Source: Hormiphora californensis
Taxonomy: Eukaryota; Animalia; Ctenophora
Direction: 5' to 3'
Length of the DNA stretch: 64,000 nt
Assembly (NCBI GenBank): GCA_020137815.1
Contig: CM035358.1
Span: forward strand, 496,001 to 560,000
Shown here: in pieces, positions 23,031 through 35,600 of the stretch
How positions within the stretch are numbered: position 1 is the stretch's first letter
Layout of the letters: each line of letters starts with the position of its first letter
Made by a program: the position numbers and the translations under genes
The notes under the pieces: model-generated
What the model saw: the letters and a program-made list of their open reading frames with translations, nothing else
The model's database searches: none
What the model was told of the DNA's origin: nothing

Positions 23031-25582
23031 TCTAAATCTTCATCTCTTTTTCTTCTCGAGCTTTGTCTCTATATCACAGTTTAGATAACGCGACAAGGAA
23101 AATTGAGCATGAGGTATTTTTTCTACCAGAAAGAAAATTCTACCATCTCAATTCTCAACACATACTTCCAATCTATCAGCAGGTACATGATCAGTACGTG
23201 TGTCTTGAACTAATGGACTGACTGAATGGAGTGAAGTGTATGACCTATACTTCTCTGTCCAGGGGTTCCACATGCAGGCCTCCTGCTACAGACTGCACCA
23301 TACTGCAGGGTCAGGGTGAGAGAGTCTGTTCCCTTTCTAGGTTTACACCTTCTTTCCGGCATCGAATACTACCGTGAGACACTTCAATCACTTCTTAATT
23401 CTTGACTGTAATAATTTAATCTTCACATCTATCTCCCCTAGATCATGTTATACCCAAGTAGGGGCTTGCAGATACAGATAGGACACCAACATGTGATCTT
23501 AATCATGATGCTCTAAAAAGTCTCTCTGTACCCTGCGTGTACTGCATGTATTGTGTATAGCGGTCTGTGTGTGTGCTTTCTCTATTTTCTTGTGGTTGCT
23601 ACGTAGTATGGAGTAAAGGAGAACAGGATGAATCTTAGAGTGATAGTAGCTATTGGGCTACTGGCATCTCTTGCATTCTGTAAGTGTGATACTAGTCCGT
23701 GTGTTCAGTTTGCAAATTGCTGTGATAATGGCTTACATAGTTCCTACATTTATCATTTCGTTCCCAGGCCGTCAGACGCGTGGTAGAACTACCCGACTAG
23801 TACCAATCTCCCACAAATGGGTTGACAGTAAGTAAAGGATGTAAACTTTCAAGTTAAAACTTCTTTTACAACGGTACAAGTTCAGTTCACATAGTCACTC
23901 TTTTCAGTCTAACTCTAACAATATCTAAACCACCTCGTTACCTCTAGATACGAGATATTCTGAGTACAGAGGAGTGAAAGTGCCCGAACTGGGTCGGATA
24001 GGAAGTCAGGGTAGTGACTTGAAAGTGATGCTGAAGAAGTGTAACGCTGAACCATCCTGTCAGGGTGTGACAGAAACTGATAAAAACAAATGGCACATGG
24101 TGAGTAGTTCACACACTCTCTACAACCTACCGAACGATTCAACAAACCTGTTTATATTACAAAACAACATTCTAACAACATATGAAACTAAATGCTTCTT
24201 CAGGTAAAACGACTGGCGTTAGTGTCAGCTCCCAAGACCCACCGTCTCTGGCACAAATCAGGGACCAGGACAGTAACCCAAACAACGGAGACAAAGGTCA
24301 TCACTGTTAGTCGCTGGACAGATTACGCAGGTATTTTCAACTGCCAGGCCAATGCTCTGACAGACTTTCAAATTGATAGAAATATTTTTCCTAATTTTAC
24401 CAAGAAACAACTTGATTTCTACATTATTATTGCTTCGCAGCTTCAGTATAGTATTTTCAGAGCTCGGTAGGTGGGGTGAAATCAAGGGATACAGGTTTAA
24501 ACAGGTCTACGGTGACTCTGGGAACCTCAAAGACACGATGAGATCCTGCAAGGGCGAGAGACAGTAAGTCTGGCAATTATATGACATGTAACCAAATAAA
24601 ATCTAAATGACGCATTCAAAAGCCAAGTAGAGACATTTGGAAGTCAAAGGACTCTGTGTCATGGTAAAATTAACAAAAAACCCCTCCACAATAGGTGTAA
24701 CGGTGTGTCTGCTATTGGTGGAAAGTGGAAGAAGGGAAAAGGAAGGGAGCTGATACAGGGTACTGTCACATGGGTTGTGGGTAGCAGGATGGCACGATCT
24801 GGGGCTTCTCGAGTACAAGGTAGTCGAGGTAGAATATATACTTGATCCTATGAGTATGGTACAGCTCTTGCTATGGGTGTCTCAAGACCCTCAATAAAGA
24901 TGATCCCCATTCCTCCCCAATGACACCCTGCATGACACCCCTAGTCCTCCCCAAATGACACCTTGTTTTACAGGTGGAGGACATCATAGAGGTGACGATA
25001 ACTGGCACAGAGGACACTTTGCCGTCAATTACCCCTCGTACATAACATGCAGGCATAGGGCAGGACCACAATAAAGTGACTGAGCTAGACTGAAAACTGG
25101 AATATTGAGTTTTCTTGTGTGCATATGTACAGACCATAAAACGAACTACATATATATTCGTTTCATTTCATTTCATTGTTGTTTATTAAAATGGATTAAA
25201 CCTTTTTAAACCCTTTGTGATCGATTTAGTAAACCCCTATCCTAGCTAGTTTCAAAATTGGCTATTTTCCACTCTGTAGTGGCGCAAGATAGGTGCATTC
25301 GAACAGTGAGGATGTAATGTGTCTGACCTTTCATAATTGAACGAGCCCAGATGGCAGGAAGTGATGTCACATTTTACATGTTTAGCAAAGTTATAAGATA
25401 TCAAATTTGGTGATCTGGTAAAGGATAGTTAGTTATTTACACTGTACAATTAAAATATATGACTCTGGATGGTATAAATTATCTGACCGGTAAAAAACGT
25501 TTTGAGCTGCCCAAACTTAGTTCGTAAAATCTGGGATCTCGTTATTCCCAAGTTAAAATATGATCCCCGCCCCTTCTGATGT

Positions 25583-26473
25583 CTACATGGCCAAAGGTAC
25601 CCCCTCCCTACTAAAAATACACCTGGATGTCGCGTTTTTGCACTTCATCGTTGTTACCATAACAGACTCTCCTCTGAGTTCCCTTGTTACTGTGACTGTC
25701 TTCCTCCCCTCTGCTATCGTCACCAGCTTCCCTCCCATCCACTTGGAGGATACCTGGGGGGAGAGGATGTGGGTTAGATAGAACTGGAGATTACGCGGAG
25801 GAGCTAGTTCGAGAGAGATATGACACAGAGGATTTAGCTGGGAGAATCAGGAGATTGGCACCCACTTTGTGTGACTCAGTTTAGGGCAGATATAATGAAA
25901 CTAGCCAGGAGCTACAACTGTCACTCACAATGCAAGTATCCCCAGTACTGTCCTGTTCCTGCCACTGTTCCCCAACTTCAAATGATGTCTCACTATTACC
26001 ACTGTTTGTTATAATCTGAATATGGGGGGAGGGGGGATTCTGAGTTAGCTAGGGAGTCTATTGTCTATTGACAATATCAAACTGTAACTACAAATTAAAG
26101 TTATGGCACTGGTTGAGTCCGGTACTAACCTTCAGTCTGAAGTGGTTTCCATTTTGAGTGATCTCATTGATCACTGACATGTCTTTAGGAAACTTGTGCT
26201 TCACATGATCAGCACCTGTAGGACAGTATGTTATTGGAGCTGAACACAGACCACATCCCATTATATCTCTCGGGCAAGATGTTGGTATAGTCCGTAGTTA
26301 GTGGTAAAATCAAAAAGTCCCTAGGTAACCATGGTAACCGATATTTCACTCTTACCCAGACTTTGTTTCATGTACTCCTCTAATAATTCTGTTCTCTCTA
26401 GATTCCATTTACCAGTGAAGTCAGGTATTTTAGGGGCTTGAGGTTGTTGTACTTGCTTTCCTTTGTTACCCAT
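25583..26473 (-). CDS. Fatty-acid-binding protein (iLBP) family, 4 exons (26473-26356, 26215-26130, 26015-25929, 25753-25583)
   Basis: Spliced product MGNKGKQVQQPQAPKIPDFTGKWNLERTELLEEYMKQSLG...EITQNGNHFRLK...SFEVGEQWQE...GKLVT...VTRELRGESVMVTTMKCKNATSRCIFSRE; FxGKW motif and the family's 3-intron layout. Confidence 0.85.
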
Positions 26474-26717
26474 TCTAATGCTATATAGTGAAGGAGGGAG
26501 AAATTATACAATACAGGGGGAGTGAGGAAGTTCCATAGCATAAAAAGTGAGATGAATCCCTTTATAAATATTATTCGTACAATTTATTGAAACATTAACA
26601 TAAGAACAAACATAATAATAATGTGTAAATAGCCATCTGAAATCAGATACATATATTAAATCTCAAACAAACAGTAGGTTCCACACAACGAAACCTAAAC
26701 CCCCAAACAACAGTTTA

Positions 26718-28777
26718 TTACAATTCCTCTTTACCATCCCACCCCTCCTGCTCCCCACACACCCCCTCACCACTACTCACAGTCCCAGTAAGATGAGAGA
26801 ACACCAAATTAGCTACATTCCTACCTCCGATACACGACATTTCTATCGCTGAGGCTGCCTGTTCGATAGCATTAAGATGATACAACCCTTTGTCAAGCTC
26901 AAAGGGAGGTAGGGGAAGGGAGACGTCATAGTGAGGGTACGCATACCAGTCCACCACTTTCACCTCTCTTACCATGGAGAATAACCAGTTCATTTGGTTT
27001 TCAGTTAGAGGTTTCTTAGAGAACACCTTGTAGATTTTCTCTCCGTTCTCTCCCACCCCCTTGGTACCGATCGAGGAAAAGAAGGAAGGGGTCTCAGACT
27101 CTGTAGTTAGAATATCAGTAGGGTTATCTGTTCCCTTTACTATCTCCCTCAGCCTGCCCTCCACAAAGGTGGCCACAGTTCGTTGGAAGGGAGGTACGGG
27201 TGTTGGGGAGTCCAGAGTTAGACCAGCATTATGGAGTGGTGTTGCTATAATCACCGCATCATAGGAAGAGGGGTCTTCAGAGGTGGTGGTGGTGACTGTG
27301 AATTTACCGTCCTCTGTTTTAGTGATGGATTGAACCTGTGTGGATGGAAGGATGATAGCCCATATGTAATTGTATACATTCAATAGTTAGAGGAATTCAA
27401 GTGATAATGAGTTCAGAGTGAGATTAATGGACTAATGGTAAACCCGACCTCCCATTGGCCATTAGCCTCACTACACCACCTACCTTCTCAGTCAGGACAG
27501 TAGCTCCAACACTCTCCAAAACTTTCTCCGGTAACCTATAGTTCCCCTCCTGAATCCTCCACAGGTTCCCTACCATACCCCCAGCCAGGGAGACAAACCC
27601 AACAAACCCGTTAACAGTTAGACCTTGGTTGTAGTTCGTGTGTAGTGCTGCTGCTACCAACTAGGTAGAGGGGGTTAGAGGAGTGTGTGTAGGTCATGTA
27701 TACTACTGTTGAAGACAGTGGAGGTAGACAATTAGGGCTACACGAACGCAGCAAGTTTGGTAATTTTCATTTCAGTCCTTATATCCTACCTCATCCTGGA
27801 TGATTTTAGCGATCCCCTTCTTCGTGAGATGATCCCCAATAGTGGTAGAAGCCAGGGGAAGGAAGGAGGAGTGGGTAGCGTTCAATAGATCTGCTACTGT
27901 CGAGAATCCAACCTGGTAATCAGGGGAAGTTATAATGGGGAACGAATAATACGGGGTGGGGATAACGAAGTAAGGTGAAAACAAATCTTTTGAATTCAGG
28001 CGGGAACTCAGGTGTTTAGAACCTGTTTTTCTACCTTGTGTGACTGAAGACAGTATATTTTATCTAATCGTTTGATAAGCTTCCTTCCCTCCTCCAAGAG
28101 GGATCCCAGACCAAAACCATATCTTCTAAGTAACCTGAGATAGTGGAATATTTAGAACAGCACAATTCATTCTGTGTGTTGCAAGTGAGGTCTGATCTTC
28201 TTACTTCATTTTATCAGTCATTCCTCCGGTGAGGGTAACAATGAACTCTTTACCGTTATAGAACCCCGTACCTCCCTCTTTTGAGTCGAGGTCCTCCTTA
28301 GTTAGCCCTGTAATTAGAAAAAGAAGGTAAAAGATGTGATGTCGCCTCTAGGAGTCCCAGATACGAGGAGAACATTCAGCCTCATTACTTCTTACCCACT
28401 TTCTCGGTTAGTTTCCGTGCGTATTGATTGGCGGAATGGATGATTGTACCACCAGAGTCAAAACTCTTTCCACCAATAGTTACCTTCCGTACTCTTCCTC
28501 CTATCTCTCCCGGTTCATATACCTGCCAGACATTGTTTATTGTATTTGAAAATATTAGAAATCAGATAAGAGATGAATTTACTGGACCTAAAGATTAAAA
28601 CGAACACATTATCTGTACCTAATACAAAACCAAACTCACGGTAATTTCAACATCATCTCCAAGGAGTTTCCTGAGGAAGAAGGCTGAGGATGCCCCACCT
28701 ACCCCACCTCCCACTATAGCCACTTTGTGGGCGGATAGAGCAGTGGTGGTGAGAGTAGCTAGGAGGAGGAGTAACAT
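26718..28777 (-). CDS. PCYOX1: Prenylcysteine oxidase (PCYOX1-like), multi-exon
   Basis: Signal peptide, KVAIVGGGVGG Rossmann motif, IGGR, GGTIIHSANQY, FVGFVSLAG, YDAVIIATPL, YKVFSK, WYAYPHY, NAIEQAASAIEMSCIGGRNVA; ends KEEL. Confidence 0.9.
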
Positions 28778-29020
28778 GGTTCAGGTTCCTAACAAAAATA
28801 TCGGAGTTATTGAGAGGTGTAAACATGACTTCATGAGTATCATGTGATAAGCAGGCTTCCAGTCAGTGTAGTTAATAATTAATAGTATCAATCATTACAA
28901 TCTCTATAAAGACATACATACCAAATCTAAGCAACTGAAAGGACAAAATTTCCATAAAGTTAGATCAAAATAGGGTCTGATACAACCAGACAAACAGTTA
29001 ATTAAGTTTAATTGAGTTAA

Positions 29021-30289
<1,269 letters not shown>

Positions 30290-30538
30290 GGTATCACAGG
30301 ACTCGCTCTCACAAAACCCTTGCTGATGGAACACGTGTTTTATTGGGGGTAGTTTTTCTTATATTTTTTGGAGGTGGAAAGTTGAATTGGAGGGGTAGAA
30401 TTAACAAAACTCATATCTTGCCTGGTCAGAAAGGATCACGGGGAAAAATAACACAGCCAAAACTAACATCTCTCAGTGGCTAAAAACGCGTATAAATTAG
30501 AAAAAAACGTACAGAAAATGAAAAAATAAATAATTTTA

Positions 30539-32208
30539 TCAAGTCGATGATGGTTTATTTCCTATAACATCGTTATAACAGGTCATCTTCTCTCTTGGTT
30601 TCCCTCTCTCTTTACCTCTCTCCTTCTCTATCCTATCTATCTCACTCCACTGATCGAACGTCACATACCTCACTCCCTTCCCTTCTAACATCTCCCTCAC
30701 ACAGGCAGTTATTGGCAGATCACGTGACTTCAGCCCATTCAGATCCTCCAAGATGCTGTGTGCAGTGTTGGCACTGTCAGTGATTGTGGTAGCCATGACT
30801 CCATCACTACCCCTTCTAGCCCATCCTGAGGTATACAACCCCGGTACAACCTCCCCTCCCATCTTGTCCAACACTCTCGAGTGGTGCTCAGGTATCCGAT
30901 GGGTCTGGTCACAGAAGGGAACCCCGGGTAGTCTGATAACACGATACCCAATACTGGCTACAACAGTGCTACATGGCACTGTGATAGTAGTGTCAGTGGG
31001 GGATACAGTGGGGTTCAGGAGGTCACCAGTAATGGCATTCTGTCGGAGTATAACTCCAGTAACTTTGTTATTGTCGTCAGTTGTGATTCTCTCGGGACTC
31101 CACCCAAATTCAAGGGAAACCTCCCCTGCGTTGCTAGGGGAATCCTCTGAGTTGCTAGGGTCAGTGTGCTTCACAAGAAGGTCGGTTAACCGTTTCCTGG
31201 ATCGAGGTATGGAGGGCAGTAGACCTCTGATATCTTCTGTATTCTCACTCTTCACCTTCAGATCCACCCCTGATAGCTTGGTAAACTCTCTAACCTCCTT
31301 TATTGTCCCTTGGAACTGTAGAATATCCCTCCTCCCAAACACCCTCACCCTCTTCACACCCTTGTTCCGTAGCGCCTCTAGAGCATGGTCACTAATATCT
31401 GTCTTCTCTAAATGGGAGAGTGGTGCTACAAGAACACGAGCACAATCCAGCGCCACATTACCATGACCAATCACCACCGCACACTCACTAGAGAGGTCAG
31501 GAGCTAGGTCACTGTGTTCAGGAACCCCATTAAACCAACCCACAAACTGGGAGGATGTGTAACACCCCTCTGCGTACTCTCCCTCTACCCCCAGTCTATT
31601 GTCAGAACCAGCCCCGTATGCCAGTACCACCACGTGGTAGGATGAGAGGAGTTCAGAGAGGGAGAGATCGTATCCAATAGCAACATTACCGTAGAAATTC
31701 ACATTAGGAAGAGCAGCTATATCTTCAAATGTTGAAATACAATTCTTCACCTGAGATAATAAGACATTGAATTTCCGAGAAATAAAACTTTAGTTCTTTC
31801 CCAAACTATCCGACCAAGTCCCCTCTAAACCCCGGACTGACAACTCTCTTACCTCAGGGTGGTCTGGTGCCACTCCATATCTAACAAGTCCAAATGGTAC
31901 TGCTGACTTCTCAAAGATGTCAACTTTAAATTCCGTTCCTGTGCTTTTCAACAGTTCCTGAAGATTAATACACGTGTTGAAATTAACAAAACTTACGCAT
32001 ATCTTTGAAACAAGAAGTTATGGCTCAAAGATCGAATATGTCTGTCTACCTGTGTAGTGTAGAATCCTGCTGGACCACTGCCCACCACAGCTACTTTAAA
32101 AGCTCCATCCCCAGTATCTCCAGATAGAGCCCTAGCACATCTCCAGGTGTTGCTAGTTGTTAGAGCTCTTCTAAGGAACCAGGGCACACTTCTAATACAC
32201 ACTGACAT
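30539..32208 (-). CDS. FDXR: NADPH:adrenodoxin oxidoreductase, 3 exons (32208-32050, 31958-31853, 31750-30539)
   Basis: Mitochondrial-type leader, [62 protein letters not shown]. Confidence 0.93.
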
Positions 32209-32600
32209 ATGGAGCTATATAACAGTGGGAGTTAGGAAACATGGTGGATAGAGGGGTAGGACGTTAACAAATAGAGCACAATTCAACGAATCGTTAATCA
32301 ATATACGAAATAGTAATGTACAATAACACATTCACAATGGGGCACTATAGGATTTCAAAATCAACAAATCAATAGACGGGACAACAGTGGATTATTTTTC
32401 ACGCAACACCAAAAGAAATTTAAAAACTCAAAATAACACAATTCAATGTCCTGGACTTTTCCTCGTACTACAGCGATCAACGCTACAGAGGTGTGGCTAT
32501 ATATGTCGGTTCATGTCTGTACTAGATTTCATGAACTCTCTGTCCGATAAATACTCCTACTTTGATATAGTAACTATGTAATATATAACGGATCAGGGTT

Positions 32601-35600
32601 TTATTCAGGTGTTTCGTGTCTCTGGTCATCCTCTGGCTGCACCAGTATATCTTCTCTCCTGAAATGAAGGGATCATATAGCACTATATAGACTTTTCTCT
32701 AGTTTAGGTGGTACAACACTCAACTGATAGCTTATTAATTAGTTAATTAGTTATCTAGTAACTTACTCTCTAAGATCCCTCAGAACCTCCCCCAGAAACA
32801 TGTCTAACAGTGTGTAAATTAGCTGCTTGTTTAGTCTCTGGTTTTGTACACCATTGAATATCGTCAGGAGAGCATTCTCAAGTCGCTTCACCCCAATAAT
32901 CTTCTTTATAGGCCCTGGAAGAAAACAAAATAATTCGTCAAATATTTAACATCTTAATTAAAATCCAACTCCACCAGCCAGGACCCACTTGGTAGTTTGT
33001 TGATAAGTTCAGATTTAGCGAGGGCTGCCCTCTCATCCCACTCTGCCTGTCCCCTAACTTCCTCATCGAAGAATAGCACATCTGAAAATACATGCAGTCG
33101 GACCCCGATTTAGGGACACCCTCGGGGGAAAGGCTCTTGTCCACTAAATCGGGGTATCCACTAAATCGGGGTCAAATAAGGTTAATTTCCTATATCATGG
33201 GAAAAAATCCTGTCCCTAAATCGGGGTGCCACTAAATCGGGGGCCCCTAAATCGGGGTCCGATTGTACATGTAAATTATGAGCCGTTACTTCGCTAGAAT
33301 TTAGTCGGACCTAATTAATACATCCCACAACAGAACACAGCACCTACCTCTGGCCAGTTCAATTATCTCTACAACTTCTTTTTCTTGGAGTACCATATTA
33401 ATTTTGAAGTTGATAAAGGACACTACAAAGTGATCCAGAGTCTTCTTTATTACAAGAAACAGTGAGCAGAGAGCGTGGATAATAATACCAGGTAAATCAC
33501 CTGAAACGATTTAAGAATAGCGAACTACTCAAACTGATCAGCCATAAAGCAATTAAGAACTCTAAAATTAACCTACCCAAAAGTAGGATGGCATAGATGG
33601 CACACTCTGTAACTCCAGTCAGTTGCATGAATATAGTACTGTAGTGAGTCCTCCTTTTCTGTAACTCTGATTTAGCATTCGCCTGGAGAGTTCTAATTTT
33701 AGAGGTTTTCATAGTCTAGGGGAATACTTTCTTTTTACGACACCCCCTGGTGAGTTATATTCCTGTTTATAAGCCACACATGTCACCTAGTTATCGATAC
33801 CTGCATCTCTCTGGCAACTACCATGGGGCTGGGTGCTGGTGTGGGCTGGTCTGCCGGTATTTGGAGGTCTCTTCTAGACAGGGTAGGAGTAGATTGGGGA
33901 GTGGACACGTTACTACAATCACTCTGACCTAGTGGGGGTTAATTTAATGAGTTATCTTGGAGCGGTAGTTACACTTCCGTTACACGTGTTAAATGGAAGG
34001 TAGGAGATCTTAGAAGACGAAAAAAGGAGGGTAGAGACTGGGGTCGTGCTGTGGAGTTCTATGTGATTATTGTCCTGTGGTGATTGCAGCACCTGTCATG
34101 TGTCACAACATCCATCACAGTGTTTACAGGTGATCTAAAGCCGCGCAGAGCTACTGCTGACAACAGTGTAAAGTCTACTTTTTATTGTTCTGCGCGTTTC
34201 ATTCCAATACAATCCAGTTGCAGGAAAATTGAGATATAACCACCTTGACTGCCTGTTTCGCTTACTTGAAGTTGCTATGGCGTAGTTTTGTCCGGTCCCC
34301 ACTGATTTACAGACTGATTTAAGGAATGGCAACAGGTGCAGGTTCTTCTCCTTCGGTCGAACTCCACTCATCATTTTACCTGTGAAATGGTTAGGGTTTT
34401 TGCAAAAAAACAAACAATAGTAGATTTGATTAATAAGGAATCTTCCAATTTACAGGAGTAAATGTTAATTTGGTCAGATTAAGTATTAAAATCTTGGTTC
34501 AAAAACGCAAAAGGTCGACGAGGATGGGATTCGAACCCACGCGGGAAAATCCCAATGGATTAGCAGTCCATCGCCTTAACCACTCGGCCACCTCGTCGCT
34601 GCGACATGGGGGATTCAGCTGTATAAATACCTGCTAACTCTCCAGCAGATCCAATTGCTTGTTTTGGCATACCGATGAGGCCAATCTTGTTAAAATCATC
34701 ACAAGATGAACTGAGAAACTTAAACACTAGCTCACTATGCTGGAGCGAATCTATCTTCATCAGTTTCTGCAGGAAATACACTTATCAAGTACTCGCATTG
34801 GATTCAAAAAGAAGAAAGGATATGAAAACTCAGTCCCTTTCCGGTGCCTACCTGAAGATAAACGCCTAGTTCCCGCTTTCTGTAAGTTATAAACTCATTG
34901 TTTAGTGGGTTCATTGCTCTTCTTTGGGGTAGCTGTAAATTAGACATGGAGCTACCATGGAACTTCCGAAGTCGCTTCTGTAGCATAACAAACTCACTAA
35001 ACCTTCTTTTTACTACCATCCTCTCCCAGCCACCTCTAGGAAAGAGGGAATTATTGGATAGTTTCTACAGGTCTAGTAATCCTTCACGGTGTCCTGGAAG
35101 GAGGTTTTACCTTGCCTAGAGTGACCCGAGAAGTTACGGACCCTACCCCGTGTAATTTTTGACGTAGAATCCGAAAAACATAAAATTAAAATCCTGTCAT
35201 GTGCCGTTTTTGCGTAAAACGGCAAAAACTGTCATTTTTAGCAGTTTTCGACTTTCTTTCGTATTTTAGAGGTTCTAGGAAATTCCCCTTAAAAGATACG
35301 GTCTTGAGAATTTATACCAATAAAATACAATCAATTTGCTACAAATTGGTGCTGGGTTTGTGTGATTTGGTCAAAAGCTCTTTTTACTGTGGCCCATTAA
35401 AGATGGCCACTCTGCAAATACGTATTTGGCTCCTGTGGCCACAGTTGTGGACCAAAATAAAAAATAGTATACATCAAAATTTGCGTCTTTTCAAGGCGAA
35501 CATCCTGGTTTTTACGAAATTTGATTTCATGCAGGCGTTCAAAAATTACAGCCGAAAAACTGATACAGTGGATTTCGGAAATACCCCTACTTCATCAAAC

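Noticed and set aside
22600-25550. Short ORFs between the SVOP-like and FABP-like genes
   Set aside because: No spliceable coding chain or motif recognised; likely UTR, intron or regulatory DNA
26718-26732. KEEL ER-retention-like end of PCYOX1
   Set aside because: KDEL-like C-termini are already known in this family, so not unusual
30753-31466. 237-aa antisense ORF over FDXR (and similar antisense ORFs over SVOP, SNX14, LINE, CRE)
   Set aside because: Shadow frames of real coding sequence with no recognisable motifs
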